DNA of 56,910 bases, taken from IMG/VR virus record IMGVR_UViG_3300014208_000049, positions 1 to 56,910 of that record; one strand, 5' to 3'. The position numbers and the translations under genes are program-made. Below are positions 38,616 through 49,530 of the stretch, in pieces (within the stretch, counting starts at the first letter, position 1; every line of letters starts with the position of its first letter). The DNA comes from a virus. Its lineage: Duplodnaviria > Caudoviricetes. The notes beneath the pieces are model-generated. The model made no database searches, was not told where the DNA came from, and was given only the letters and a program-made list of their open reading frames with translations.

Positions 38616-39725
38616 GTGAAACTCTGCCTCATACTTCCGCGGTACGGGGTCAGCATTCACGACCCCTGTTTCGCTCCGTTGGGGGTGCTCTACATCTCCG
38701 CGATGGCGAAGAAGTTGGGCCACGCGGTCGATTTCTTCAACCTGAATCTGCACGAATTCAAGGGCATCAAGTTCAAGGATTACGATGTGGTCCTGTTCAC
38801 CGGCGGCGATGAATTCTTGGAGCTCAACAAGGCCATGTCCGAGCAGGCGCGGGCGCAGGGCGTGAAGACCGTGATCGGCGGCGCACTCGCGACGTTCCGG
38901 TCGCAGGAGATGGCGCGGTACTTCGATTCCGTGGTGGCCGGAGAGGGCGAAGGAGTCTTGGCCGATGCGCTCGCGGAGGAAGGAATCTTCCAATGCCCAC
39001 CGATCCCATTCACCGAGATTCCGTGGCCCGACTACGAGGGCTTCGGCATCGACGAGTACCACAAGCGGCATTCGGTTCGTTACATGGGCGTGATGACCTC
39101 GCGTGGTTGCCCGTTCCGGTGCTCGTTCTGCGTCCAGACGTGCGCGTACCGAGAGCGACCGTTGGCCGACGTGTTCGCCGAGATAGACCATTATCGCGAG
39201 AAGTACAAGATCACGATGCTGGTGGTCTGCGACAACACCCTGAACGTGAAGAAGCCGCGCTTCATGGAGTTCTGCGACGGCATGGCATCGCGTGGATTGA
39301 AATGGTCCGCGGCGATTCGGACGGATCGGTTCGATGAACAGATGGCGGTCGCGGCGAAGAAGTCCGGGTGCGAATACTTCGTCGTCGGCGTGGAGTCGTT
39401 CGTTCAACGGCGCCTCGACATGATGGGGAAGAAGACGTTCGTTGCCGACAACGTGAGGACGCTTGACCTGCTCCACAAGCACGGGATCAAGTACCACGGG
39501 AATCTGCTCTTGGGATTCGAGGGTGAGTCGGTGACAGACATCATGGCCGAGTTCATGGCGGCCCCGAAGAAGTACAACGTGTTCCCGTCGCTCCTGCAAC
39601 CGTTCGCCGGCATCAAGGCGAAGCCGGGAATCTTCGGCAAGGACCGTGAAGTTCTGTCGCAGGCGTTCCATGAATTTGCGGAGTCGAAGGGGATGTCGTG
39701 CTACCCGGATGCCGTATGTCAATGA
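38616..39725 (+). CDS. B12-binding radical SAM protein
   Basis: PLGVLYI N-terminal cobalamin-binding domain; TSRGCPFRCSFC; GVES. Confidence 0.9.
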   Translation: MKLCLILPRYGVSIHDPCFAPLGVLYISAMAKKLGHAVDFFNLNLHEFKGIKFKDYDVVLFTGGDEFLELNKAMSEQARAQGVKTVIGGALATFRSQEMARYFDSVVAGEGEGVLADALAEEGIFQCPPIPFTEIPWPDYEGFGIDEYHKRHSVRYMGVMTSRGCPFRCSFCVQTCAYRERPLADVFAEIDHYREKYKITMLVVCDNTLNVKKPRFMEFCDGMASRGLKWSAAIRTDRFDEQMAVAAKKSGCEYFVVGVESFVQRRLDMMGKKTFVADNVRTLDLLHKHGIKYHGNLLLGFEGESVTDIMAEFMAAPKKYNVFPSLLQPFAGIKAKPGIFGKDREVLSQAFHEFAESKGMSCYPDAVCQ

Positions 39726-40168
39726 CGACGGTAACTGTCGCCACGGTCGAGGAGGCGAAGGCCATTTTCTTGCTCGCCAAGCAATACGATGGTGGCTTCT
39801 CCCGGCACGTCAAGGTGGACGTGGATTACGCTACCGGCGTGTGGATGAAGTGGTTGGAGAACGGTACGGGCATTGTTTTCGCGCTGAAGAAAGATGATCG
39901 GCTGATCGGCGGGCTTGGCGCGATCAAAGTGCCCGATATTCATTGTGGACTTCTCACGGCAATAGAGATATTTTGGTTCACAAATCCGGAGGACCGGGGA
40001 GAGGGACTTCGACTCTTGGATGCCTACGAAAAATGGGCGAAAATCTCCGGATGCAAAAGAGTTGCCATCATCCACCTCGCCGATTCCTTCCCTGAAGTGT
40101 TGTCGCGCATCTACGAACGCCGCGGGTATGAACTGATCGAATCGCATTACATGCGGGAGGTCTTATGA
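39716..40168 (+). CDS. GNAT-family acetyltransferase
   Basis: WFTNPEDRG.GLRLL..YEKWAK..G...YERRGY; position before ejection proteins. Confidence 0.8.
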   Translation: MSMTTVTVATVEEAKAIFLLAKQYDGGFSRHVKVDVDYATGVWMKWLENGTGIVFALKKDDRLIGGLGAIKVPDIHCGLLTAIEIFWFTNPEDRGEGLRLLDAYEKWAKISGCKRVAIIHLADSFPEVLSRIYERRGYELIESHYMREVL

Positions 40169-41058
40169 GCGTCATCTCTGGAATAATGCAATCAAGCGCC
40201 ACTGAAGATGCCGCCGCGACTGCGGCCGAAGCATCCAAGGACGCATCAGGGACTCAGTTGCAGATGTTCCGGGAGCAGCAGGCTTCGATGCAGCCGTGGC
40301 TCACGTCGGGTAGCAACGCCCTCGACCGCCTGAACGCGATGATGGGGTTGCCGAAGTATCAGAGTGGCAATGCTCTCGTTCCCGGAGGTGGCACCGCCCC
40401 TGTCGCCCCGACGAAACCGACGTTCAATTCAAACGTGTCGGAATTTATAACCCCTCCTGATCCTGACACCGGTTACGGAGGTGTAAGGAATCCCGCCTAC
40501 GCCGATTCTGCTTCGCAGATGGAAAAGTACAACGCGGATTGGGCCGACTATACACGCAAAATGGCCGAGTACAACGCCAAGGGCGGGGGCTTGGTCCCTG
40601 CTACGCAACCTGCCACGCAAACGCAATCGCAGGATTGGCGTTCCCTCATGGACCCCGGCTACGAGTTCCGCAAGCAGGAGGGGGTCAACGCTCTCGCGGC
40701 GGCGGGTGCGGCTTCGGGCAATTACGGCTCCGGGAACATGGGCGTTGCGCTTCAGGACTTCGGGCAGAACCTCGCATCCCAAGAGTTCCAGAACGTGTAC
40801 AACCGCTTGGCGGGCATGTCCGGCACGGGACAGGTGCAGAGTCAGCAGATGGGGAATCTTGGCGTGCAGACCGGCAACGTCATGGCGAACTATTTGAACC
40901 AGGCGGGCCAGAACATCGCCCAAGGACAAGTCGCCGGGGCGAACGCGATGGCCGGCGGAGTGCGCGATCTCGAAAAGGGAATCGCATCGTACTACATGTA
41001 CAAGCAACCGGCCGCGGATTACATCTCCCAAGATCAATTCAATGCGCTCTGGGTGTAG
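40165..41058 (+). CDS. DNA ejection/pilot protein (gp7-like)
   Basis: QPWLTSG..AL, DPGYEFR..EG, SG....ALQ.FGQNLAS.EF; Gly/Ala/Gln rich. Confidence 0.8.
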   Translation: MSVISGIMQSSATEDAAATAAEASKDASGTQLQMFREQQASMQPWLTSGSNALDRLNAMMGLPKYQSGNALVPGGGTAPVAPTKPTFNSNVSEFITPPDPDTGYGGVRNPAYADSASQMEKYNADWADYTRKMAEYNAKGGGLVPATQPATQTQSQDWRSLMDPGYEFRKQEGVNALAAAGAASGNYGSGNMGVALQDFGQNLASQEFQNVYNRLAGMSGTGQVQSQQMGNLGVQTGNVMANYLNQAGQNIAQGQVAGANAMAGGVRDLEKGIASYYMYKQPAADYISQDQFNALWV

Positions 41059-41067
41059 GGGGTCACG

Positions 41068-43059
41068 ATGCCTGTCGATTACCGAATGATCGCCGAGACG
41101 CCGTACATCAGCATTCCCGAGATCGGGAACGCGCTCATGCAGCGTCAGCAGATGCAGAACAACCCGCTTCAGCAGATGCGGCAGGCGGAGATGTTGAAGG
41201 AGCAACAGTATCTAAACCGCATCAACTTCATAAAGGCGCAAGAAGCCGAAAGAAACAAGGCGGTACACGAGTCGAAAATCGAAGAGTTGATGAACATGGG
41301 CGCCACGGGGCCACAGGCCGCCGCTGCCGCCGCCAATATACCCGCTCCCCCTCCGGCCGCCGCAAACGCCTTTACGGGGGTTCCCGGCCCCCCTGCGGCG
41401 GCACCCGCCCCTGCGGTTCCTTGGGCGTTGCCTATATCTACGAATGGGCAACAGGTTGATCCTTCGACGGGACGGTTGATGTCCGGGATGACTCCTGAGC
41501 AGGCGGCCATGCTGCAACCGGCAAATGCGCTTACTCAACCGCCACCAGAGACATTCAACGGTCGCCCCGCAACTCCCGGTGTCGTACCTGTCGGTGGTGG
41601 ACGCATCCCCTATTCTCCCGAGGCAGAGGGGCAGTACATGGCGCGGGAAGGCGCACGCATGGAGGCGATGAAGGAAGCGCGTGATACGTTCAAAGTCCTA
41701 CTGAAATCGGCGGCAGACTTGGGCGCAGATGGGCAACCGATGATGGATTCGCTCCTTCGCGCCGCCAAGAAGAGCAACGCGCTTCGAGATGTCGTCGGAT
41801 TCCTTGGCGACCCGGACGGCCCTGAGAATCAGCGGCTCGTCGTCACCGGCAAGGGTGAAACACAGACGGAATCCGCGTTCACGAGCAAGGAACAGTTTGC
41901 GGCCCTGATCCCGATGGCGGGGAACGAAATCGTCCGCAAGTCGCTCGAAAACGCCACACCGGGGACCTACGAGATCAAGACGAAGGGGTACGTCACGGTA
42001 GACGGCAAGCAGGTGCCGAAGATCGTGGGGTTCAAGGCGATCGCGTCCACCGAGGCGGCGCATACTTCCGACATCGGGAAATTGATCCGCGAACGAGACG
42101 CCAAGAAAGCGGCGCTCGTTGCGGCGGGGAATACCCCTGAAGAGGCGGAGAAAAACCCTGATGTGTTGGCGTACAACGCCAAGATTGCAAAGACGAGCGA
42201 GCCGAAACCGGAGGCGCCGAAAGAGAAGTATCTGGACATCCTTCAGCGTGTCCAGATGAACGATCCGGTGAGGTATCCCGTCACCGCCGAGGAGAAGAAA
42301 TTCGCGTGGGCCTACGAGCGCGAGAAGAAGCTTGGTGCCGAGGAATACGGCCGGCAACGGCTCCAGATGGTCATGGAAATTCCCGTGTCGGTCTATGATG
42401 CGAACACGGGGACCGTGGCACTCAGAACGCGGGGGGAGATCAACGAGGCGAACAGGGCGAATCAGAAGCTCGGCATCGGGGATCGCTACGTGGGCGCGGA
42501 GTTGGCAACGAAGCTGAAGTCCCGCAACGCGATCATGGAGGAAATTGCAACGTCATCCGAGATCGCACGGAAGGCGCTCAAGTCGCTCAAGCACGAAAAC
42601 TTCTCGCAGTCGCAGTTGCTCAAGTTCGCGGACCAACTGCGGGTCAACGACGACGGCAGCCTGCTGAAGTCGTTCATCAGTTCCAACTTCGCGAAGACGC
42701 TGACCCCGGAGGAAATCGAGTACGTCACGGCGATCAGGAACCTTCGCGAAAGTTCGTTCTCCCTGCGTACCGTCGGCGGCATGGGGCAGGGGTCCGACAT
42801 GCTCCGTGCGGCCATCGCGGAGATGATCCCGAGTACGCGCACGCCGAACAAGAAGATGGGGTTGTCCGCCCTCGACAAGTTCGACATCCAAGTGGATCGA
42901 CTGTGGAGCGGAATACCAGGTATTGGGTCCGAGGCGACCACGCGAAGGAAGGATGTCGGCAAGGCATCGGCTGGTGGAGACATCGCGCCCGCAGGCACGA
43001 AGATCAAGACGAAAGACGGCAAGATCCTGACCTCTGACGGCGTGGGAGGATGGAAGTAA
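41068..43059 (+). CDS. DNA ejection protein (gp20 position)
   Basis: Synteny; Gln/Met-rich N-terminus, helical. Confidence 0.6.
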   Translation: MPVDYRMIAETPYISIPEIGNALMQRQQMQNNPLQQMRQAEMLKEQQYLNRINFIKAQEAERNKAVHESKIEELMNMGATGPQAAAAAANIPAPPPAAANAFTGVPGPPAAAPAPAVPWALPISTNGQQVDPSTGRLMSGMTPEQAAMLQPANALTQPPPETFNGRPATPGVVPVGGGRIPYSPEAEGQYMAREGARMEAMKEARDTFKVLLKSAADLGADGQPMMDSLLRAAKKSNALRDVVGFLGDPDGPENQRLVVTGKGETQTESAFTSKEQFAALIPMAGNEIVRKSLENATPGTYEIKTKGYVTVDGKQVPKIVGFKAIASTEAAHTSDIGKLIRERDAKKAALVAAGNTPEEAEKNPDVLAYNAKIAKTSEPKPEAPKEKYLDILQRVQMNDPVRYPVTAEEKKFAWAYEREKKLGAEEYGRQRLQMVMEIPVSVYDANTGTVALRTRGEINEANRANQKLGIGDRYVGAELATKLKSRNAIMEEIATSSEIARKALKSLKHENFSQSQLLKFADQLRVNDDGSLLKSFISSNFAKTLTPEEIEYVTAIRNLRESSFSLRTVGGMGQGSDMLRAAIAEMIPSTRTPNKKMGLSALDKFDIQVDRLWSGIPGIGSEATTRRKDVGKASAGGDIAPAGTKIKTKDGKILTSDGVGGWK

Positions 43060-46059
43060 ATGCCTCAGTTCGCGGGAATGCCGGAGGGGGCGGAAGTAGT
43101 CAAGTACGCCGGTATGCCCGAAGGCGCGGAAGTCATCGACGAGAAGGATGTAACTGCGCCCCCCGCACGCTCCCTGAGGGCGTTGCCTCGGGACTTGGCG
43201 CATAGCGCGGATGTCCTCGCCGGCGGACTTGTGAAGGGGACAGCGAACCTTGCCGCGATGGGACCGGATGCCATTGCGAGTGCGCTCGAATCGCTTGGCG
43301 TACAGCGCGTGGCCGATTGGATCAGCGAGAAGACGGGCGTCAACCTCGGGAACGTATCGCAACATCCCTTGAGGGCGGACAAGGTTACGAAGACCCTCAT
43401 GCCGAATCCTCCCGTACCGGAGACGATGGGTGAGAAGATCATCGAAGGCATCGGTGAGCAGATTCCCGCGATGGTCATCCCCGGCGTTGCCGCCGAAGCG
43501 TACCTCGCCCCGAAGTTGGGGCAGATTCCGAAACTTATCGAGGCGGCGAAAGTTGCGGGAAAGACGGCCTTCGGCGCGGGAACAGCGTCAGGTATCGCTC
43601 GCGAAGCCGCCCCTGATTCACCGGGCATCGACCTTGCCGCGCAAATTGCGGGCGGTGTTGCAATCGGCAAAGGCCCTGATCTGTACCGCAAGGGTCAGCA
43701 GGCGTTCTCTGCACTAAGGCGTGGTGCTCCATCCGTGACGGAGGGCCAGTTGCGGACGAAGGCCGGTCAAACCCTGAACGAGATTTCCGGCACATCGGAA
43801 ATATACGACCAGAATGCCGCCGCCGCAACGAAAATAGAGGAGGCAATTCCAGGATTCAAGGCCACGATCGGCGAGAAGACGAACGACCCAGGACTAATCA
43901 AGAAGCAGCGGTCACTTGAGGCGGGTCCCGATAAAACCGCCGCCGAACTGATGGCGGAGAAGAAAGCGGTCAACCAAGTTGCGGTGAAGGATTATCTTGC
44001 CAACGAGTTCAAGGGTGACGAGTCGATAGATGAAGTGATCGACGCGCTGAACACGAAGAAAAAAAACATCGAAAAGACGGTCGGATGGATGCAGGGCGAG
44101 GCCGATCAGGCGCGGGAAGCGTTGCCGGTCGCGGGGAAGCAGGAGTCCGGGCAAGCGGCGGTTGCGGCGATCGAAGAGGCGCGGGCACCGCTGAAGGCGA
44201 AGAAGGATGTTCTCTACGCCGAAGTGGGCAATCCACCCGTGCAGACATCGGCGACGAAAGAGGCCGTGAAGTCCTTGGAAGCGGAGTTCACTCCCGGCGA
44301 GGAGGCTGTGTACCCGTCGGGAATCATCGCGAAGATCAAGAAGGTGCTGAAGGGGAAGGTCACGGATGCGGAACCGTTGCCGCCGGGAACCGAGGCACCC
44401 CCGCCGAATCCAAAGGTCGCCGAACGCGCAGAGAAACTTGCGAAGAAGGGCCTTGAGACGGCGTTCTCGCGATACGGGAAGCAGAAGATCAAATTGACCG
44501 ATGACATCGCCGTGGTCTTGAAGGAGAAGCAGCAACGCAATCTCTACAAACTGTTCGATAAGGATGGCCGCGTGACGTGGGACACGGTGGCGAAGGAGTT
44601 GGCCGAAGAAGGTGAGATTCCGGGTTTCGCCGCTGGCGAGAAGATTGACCAATCGACGTTCGTGGAGTGGTTGCAATCGAATCCCGTCCTCGGGCGAAGC
44701 AAGGACGTGTACGCCGACCGATTGGCGAAGGCTACGGCCCGCGTCAGCGCGGCAATGTCCGACATTGGTGAGCGTGGATTTCAGGAGTTGCACTCGCTCC
44801 GGAAGGACATCGGGCGGCAGATATCGGATGCCGTGACGGGTGCGAACCCGAACATGCCGATGGCGCGGAGACTGTACTCGTTGAGGAATGCGATCGACGC
44901 CGACATCGAGGCCGCACTTGGCGGCGAAAACGCCTACCAAGTGGCGCGAGACTTCGCCCGCGAATACTACCTGAAGTTCCGGTCGGGGGCGGTCGGGAAG
45001 GTGCTTCAGAGGGGTGGTCAGGCGAGCGGTCGCGCCGTCCCGGACGCACAGATCCCAGGCAAGTTGTTCACGATTGACGGGGCCGATGATTTCATCCGCG
45101 CCGTGGGGCAGGAGAATGCCGCCACGGTAATGCGTCAGCACGCGGCCGAACTGCTGATGGAATCCGGCGCCGTGAACAAACTCACGAACGAGATCAACAC
45201 GAAACAGTTCGCGACGTGGGTAAATCGGAATCGTCGGGTGCTGGAGAAATTCGGCATCCAAGACGACTTCGCCAACGTCCGTGACGCCTACGTGGCGCTC
45301 GACGATCTCAAGGCGATGCAGGTCGAATTCGGCAAATCGGTCGCGTCGAAGTTGCTGAACGCCGATCCCGACAAGGCGATCAAGGCCGCCATGCAGGGGG
45401 CCGAGGGCATCAGCGGGAAGAATACCGGCGAGACGATGCGGCGACTGATGGGTCAACTGAAGGATGCCGATGGCGTGATCGACAAGAAGGCCCTGCTCGG
45501 ATTGAAGAATGCGTTCAAGGATTTCATCATCTCCGAGGCCGAAACGACTGCGAAAACGGTCGCCGGGGACCAGATAATCAGCCCCGCGGGAATCCTCAAG
45601 AACATGAAGAAGTACGAGCCGGCCATGCGTATCCTGTACAACGATGAGCCGCAAAAACTGGACGCCCTGCTGAACGTGCAGAAGGCGATCGAGATTCAGG
45701 CGCGGTCGCTGAAGTCCCCGGTCGGAGGAGGGTCCGATACCTTCGAGAAGTTGTCGATGGCCCAAGGCGTTATGAGCAGGGTACTCGACCGCATTCCTGG
45801 CCTCTCGTACACCGGGAGGCTTGCCCGCGCCGGGCTAAAATTAGTCAGCAATCTGAACGAGTCGGAGTTGAATAAGTTGCTTGCTCGTGCTATGTACGAC
45901 CCTGAACTGGCGCAAACGCTGATGATGGCGGCGAAGAATCAGGCTCCGAAGGAAGTGGCGCGTAGGATCAACAATCAGCTCGTAATCTTGAGCCTTGGCG
46001 TGACGGCGAACAAGAAGGGCGAAGAAGAAGAGATCCCCACGGAGGTCCCCGGCCCATGA
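43060..46059 (+). CDS. Large DNA ejection protein (gp16 position)
   Basis: 999-aa helical protein; synteny; AGMPEGAEV duplicated at the N-terminus. Confidence 0.65.
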   Translation: MPQFAGMPEGAEVVKYAGMPEGAEVIDEKDVTAPPARSLRALPRDLAHSADVLAGGLVKGTANLAAMGPDAIASALESLGVQRVADWISEKTGVNLGNVSQHPLRADKVTKTLMPNPPVPETMGEKIIEGIGEQIPAMVIPGVAAEAYLAPKLGQIPKLIEAAKVAGKTAFGAGTASGIAREAAPDSPGIDLAAQIAGGVAIGKGPDLYRKGQQAFSALRRGAPSVTEGQLRTKAGQTLNEISGTSEIYDQNAAAATKIEEAIPGFKATIGEKTNDPGLIKKQRSLEAGPDKTAAELMAEKKAVNQVAVKDYLANEFKGDESIDEVIDALNTKKKNIEKTVGWMQGEADQAREALPVAGKQESGQAAVAAIEEARAPLKAKKDVLYAEVGNPPVQTSATKEAVKSLEAEFTPGEEAVYPSGIIAKIKKVLKGKVTDAEPLPPGTEAPPPNPKVAERAEKLAKKGLETAFSRYGKQKIKLTDDIAVVLKEKQQRNLYKLFDKDGRVTWDTVAKELAEEGEIPGFAAGEKIDQSTFVEWLQSNPVLGRSKDVYADRLAKATARVSAAMSDIGERGFQELHSLRKDIGRQISDAVTGANPNMPMARRLYSLRNAIDADIEAALGGENAYQVARDFAREYYLKFRSGAVGKVLQRGGQASGRAVPDAQIPGKLFTIDGADDFIRAVGQENAATVMRQHAAELLMESGAVNKLTNEINTKQFATWVNRNRRVLEKFGIQDDFANVRDAYVALDDLKAMQVEFGKSVASKLLNADPDKAIKAAMQGAEGISGKNTGETMRRLMGQLKDADGVIDKKALLGLKNAFKDFIISEAETTAKTVAGDQIISPAGILKNMKKYEPAMRILYNDEPQKLDALLNVQKAIEIQARSLKSPVGGGSDTFEKLSMAQGVMSRVLDRIPGLSYTGRLARAGLKLVSNLNESELNKLLARAMYDPELAQTLMMAAKNQAPKEVARRINNQLVILSLGVTANKKGEEEEIPTEVPGP

Positions 46060-47474
46060 CGTTCCGCAAATCGAAGTTCTGGTCGCTCCTGCTCGCGCAT
46101 CTCTTCTTCCTCGCCGCGCTCGGTATTCATCCCGTCGTCATGCCTCCGACCGCCGATGCTGCGACCCAAAGCATCCTGCCTTACCCGCGGTTCAAGGCGT
46201 TCGTGACCGGGACCAGTGACCCTCTGGCCGGCGGGAAACTTTACACGTACCTGCCGGGGACCACGACTCCGACGACGACGTACACGACGAGCGCGGGGAC
46301 CGTGGCGAACGCGAATCCGGTGGTCCTGGATGCCAACGGGGAAGCCGATGTGTGGTTCACGGGGACGATCAAGCTCGTCCTCGTGGACTCCGCCGACGTG
46401 ACCGTTTGGACGAAGGATAACGTCGGCGCGGTGGGATCTTACGGTTCCCTCACCGGCGACTCCACCGGCAACATCAGCGGCTTCGACAACGGTACGTTCA
46501 CGGGGCGCGTGACGACGGCTACGCTTACGGTATCCGGCACCCCTACCTTTACCGACAACACGGTCAACGGTGCGGACCTAATAGACAACACGATTACTTC
46601 CGCGAAGATCCTCGACAACTCCATCGCGTCATCGAAGATTCTGGATAACACGATTGCCGCTGGAAAGTTGGCCGCTTCCGGTACCGCATCCAACTCCACG
46701 TATCTTCGGGGTGACGGTACATGGGGCACTCCTTCCATCACCACGTCCACCACTATTCTCAGCGCGTACAAGGGATTGACGATCACGACCCCGGCCGACA
46801 ATCAATCCGTCACCATTACCGCTGATCAGGTGGTCGCGGTGGACAACACGAACACGGCGCGGATTCTATCCACCGTATCCCTCACGGTCAACTTGGACGT
46901 TGCCGGAGCAAACGGGTTAGATAACGGGACCATCGCCGCGAACACGGGGTACTTCCTGTACGTCATCGACAACGGTGCGACCACGGCGGGGCTTGCATCC
47001 ACTTCTGCGACCGATCCCGTGATGCCGTCCGGGTACACGTACAAGGCGTTGGTCGGGTGGTGTACGACGGACGCGACGGCAACCCCGTTCAACATTGCGG
47101 AGTTCACGATTGTGGACGATCTCTATACGTGGGCGGTGGCACAGAAGGTTGCGAACGACGCTGGCGGCGACCACAACACCACGACGATGAACCTTGCGGC
47201 GGGTGGTGCGATGACCTACGCGGCTGTACCGCCAAGCATCACAAAGAGCGTCTTCGGGAAAATGTCCATCTATCAGGGGCCGGGAATCCTGTACTCGAAT
47301 CCCACCACCTTTTCGGACGGCGCGAACGCATCGACGGTCATATCCGATGACTCGGCGGGCGGAGAGTATCCGTACTCTTTCTTCCTCCCGATAATCGAAA
47401 GCCAGACGTTCTACTACAAGGGCGCAAATTCCTCGTTCGACATTTGGATTTCCGGTTTCACTTTAAAGAGATAA
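46056..47474 (+). CDS. Tailspike/fibre with head-binding-type domain and N-terminal signal peptide
   Basis: PLAGGKLYTYLPGTTTP..TY...NANPVVLDANGEA; 10-aa (I/L)DNxIxxxK repeats; TYLRGDGTW. Confidence 0.8.
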   Translation: MTFRKSKFWSLLLAHLFFLAALGIHPVVMPPTADAATQSILPYPRFKAFVTGTSDPLAGGKLYTYLPGTTTPTTTYTTSAGTVANANPVVLDANGEADVWFTGTIKLVLVDSADVTVWTKDNVGAVGSYGSLTGDSTGNISGFDNGTFTGRVTTATLTVSGTPTFTDNTVNGADLIDNTITSAKILDNSIASSKILDNTIAAGKLAASGTASNSTYLRGDGTWGTPSITTSTTILSAYKGLTITTPADNQSVTITADQVVAVDNTNTARILSTVSLTVNLDVAGANGLDNGTIAANTGYFLYVIDNGATTAGLASTSATDPVMPSGYTYKALVGWCTTDATATPFNIAEFTIVDDLYTWAVAQKVANDAGGDHNTTTMNLAAGGAMTYAAVPPSITKSVFGKMSIYQGPGILYSNPTTFSDGANASTVISDDSAGGEYPYSFFLPIIESQTFYYKGANSSFDIWISGFTLKR

Positions 47475-47484
47475 GGAGACCCCC

Positions 47485-48759
47485 ATGCGTAAACTTTTCC
47501 TCACCCTGTTCCTGATCCTCCTCGCGGCGTGGGCTTACGCCGAGAATCCGTTCAACGTGATCGGCGGTGGCGGCTCCACCACCCTCACCACCGGCTCCGT
47601 CACCTCGGCGCATATCCTCGACAACACGATCGTGGGCGGGGACATCGCGGACAATGCGGTGAACTTGCGGCACGTGAAGTTCGTCGCGGACGACAACAGT
47701 TACTCCGTATTCGAGCAGCCATCCGGCAACAGGATTATTTTAACGCATTATTCCGCCGACAATGTTGCATTGGGAAAGTTGCGGTTTTATTCGACCGGTG
47801 AGGTCTACCTTGGCGGGTCGGATAATACGGGCGCTTCCGTGGGGTACCTGGACTTCACTACTACCGCCACGTATCTGTTAGCGGAAGCGGGTAGATATCT
47901 AAGTCTTTCCGGCGACAACGTGGCTGTTGCCTCCGGCGTCCCCTTCATTTCCGATAACGTCCAGATCACCGGCGGGTCGATCACCGGGGTGACGGGGGTG
48001 GGCACCGTTACCGGCCCCGCTACCGCGACGGAGGATTACGTAGTCACATGGGGCGCGGATAACGTGTCGATCAAGGACGGCCAGATTCCGCTGTCGGCGT
48101 TGGCTACGCTGGCCTCCCCCACGTTCACGGGTACGGTGACCGCCCCGAAGGTGGTCGTCGCGGGCACCGATGGCGGCACGATAGACAACACGGTGATCGG
48201 CGGCACGACCGCGTCGGCGGGTACGTTCACGACGGTGACGGCAGACGAGTTCGTTTCCTCTGCGGCTAACGGGACCCATAAGGGTAACGTGGCAAACTCC
48301 GGGGCGGCTTCCAATCTGACTACCGCCGGGGATTACGCGTACAACCTGACGACAGGCGCACTCACCATTTACGACAACACGATTGCCGACAACGTGATAC
48401 TGGTGCGGGCGGTCAAATCAAAGTCCTTCGGTTGGGACAACGCGGCGGCTACCGATGACGGTATCTTCCTCGGAGCGGAGTGGAGTCCGGTCGCCTCGAC
48501 GCTGATCTCCATTAAATGTTTCGCGTCTACCGATAACGTAGTCGGATTTATGAGCGAGTGCGCCGCCGACAACAATGCCTCGTGCGTGAGGGTAGACGAT
48601 ACCGACTGGACGATCACGAATGCGGAGGCGGGAGTGACCGTGTTGGCGGCTGATTTTGAGAACGCGGCTATCGCTGCGGGTGCATCGCTGAAATGGGATA
48701 CAACGTCCGTAGGTGCGGCAAGTAACCGGTTTTCCTGCACGATCAGGTATCGGGAGTAG
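47485..48759 (+). CDS. Tail fibre-like protein with signal peptide
   Basis: LASPTFTGTVTAP and IDNTVIGGTT..AGTFTT fibre motifs; MRKLFLTLFLILLAAWAYA. Confidence 0.75.
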   Translation: MRKLFLTLFLILLAAWAYAENPFNVIGGGGSTTLTTGSVTSAHILDNTIVGGDIADNAVNLRHVKFVADDNSYSVFEQPSGNRIILTHYSADNVALGKLRFYSTGEVYLGGSDNTGASVGYLDFTTTATYLLAEAGRYLSLSGDNVAVASGVPFISDNVQITGGSITGVTGVGTVTGPATATEDYVVTWGADNVSIKDGQIPLSALATLASPTFTGTVTAPKVVVAGTDGGTIDNTVIGGTTASAGTFTTVTADEFVSSAANGTHKGNVANSGAASNLTTAGDYAYNLTTGALTIYDNTIADNVILVRAVKSKSFGWDNAAATDDGIFLGAEWSPVASTLISIKCFASTDNVVGFMSECAADNNASCVRVDDTDWTITNAEAGVTVLAADFENAAIAAGASLKWDTTSVGAASNRFSCTIRYRE

Positions 48760-48762
48760 CCC

Positions 48763-49530
48763 ATGCGAAACGCCATCTATCGCATCCTGCAAGGGATCAT
48801 CCTCCTCGCGGTCGCGTCCTCGTTCGCGCAGGCTGACGACTTCATGTACTTCAAGAAGAAGGCGGCGGGGGGGGGAGGAGCGGCACCGCCTACATACCTT
48901 GCCTCCGAATCGTTCGACAACTCAGTGGGGTACGATAGAGCGTGGACTGTTGTTGGGGGAACGCCAGATCCAGATTATACGGACAACGTGTTGGAGGGGA
49001 CACAATCCCTCGAAATGGCAGTAAAGACCGACGCGGAAACCAAGGAATTATATACAGCATTTACCCCCACTGATGGTCAAGCGCAGGAGATATATTTCTT
49101 AATTAAGTATCCTTATATTGGCACCACTACTACGGATTATACTGTTTTCGACCTCAAGGACGCAGGAGGAAATAACGTATCCAGAGCGTATGTGTCCAGG
49201 GGGGGTGGAACTGCAAAATTCAAAATAACCTCTGTGGGCGGGACAGCAGGAACAACTGTCGGAACAATAACAGACAATGTTGTGTACCATGTATGGATAA
49301 GATACTTAAAGGGTGGGGGAGCGGATGCATTCTCTTCTATAGCGTTTTCAACCGACGGAGTTAGGCCAGCCTCCGGCAATAATTACGCGGAGTCTACAAA
49401 TGGCACGTCCACGGCAAATGCCACCAGATTGCAATTGCGGTTAACTTATGGTGCACCCACGTCATCGTGCGATGCGATATTTGACAAAATCAGGGTAGAT
49501 GACGCCACTATCGGGGACAACCCATCGTGA
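48763..49530 (+). CDS. Beta-sandwich/lectin-like protein with signal peptide
   Basis: AQA cleavage site; beta-rich; ends FDKIRVDDATIG; low GC. Confidence 0.65.
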   Translation: MRNAIYRILQGIILLAVASSFAQADDFMYFKKKAAGGGGAAPPTYLASESFDNSVGYDRAWTVVGGTPDPDYTDNVLEGTQSLEMAVKTDAETKELYTAFTPTDGQAQEIYFLIKYPYIGTTTTDYTVFDLKDAGGNNVSRAYVSRGGGTAKFKITSVGGTAGTTVGTITDNVVYHVWIRYLKGGGADAFSSIAFSTDGVRPASGNNYAESTNGTSTANATRLQLRLTYGAPTSSCDAIFDKIRVDDATIGDNPS

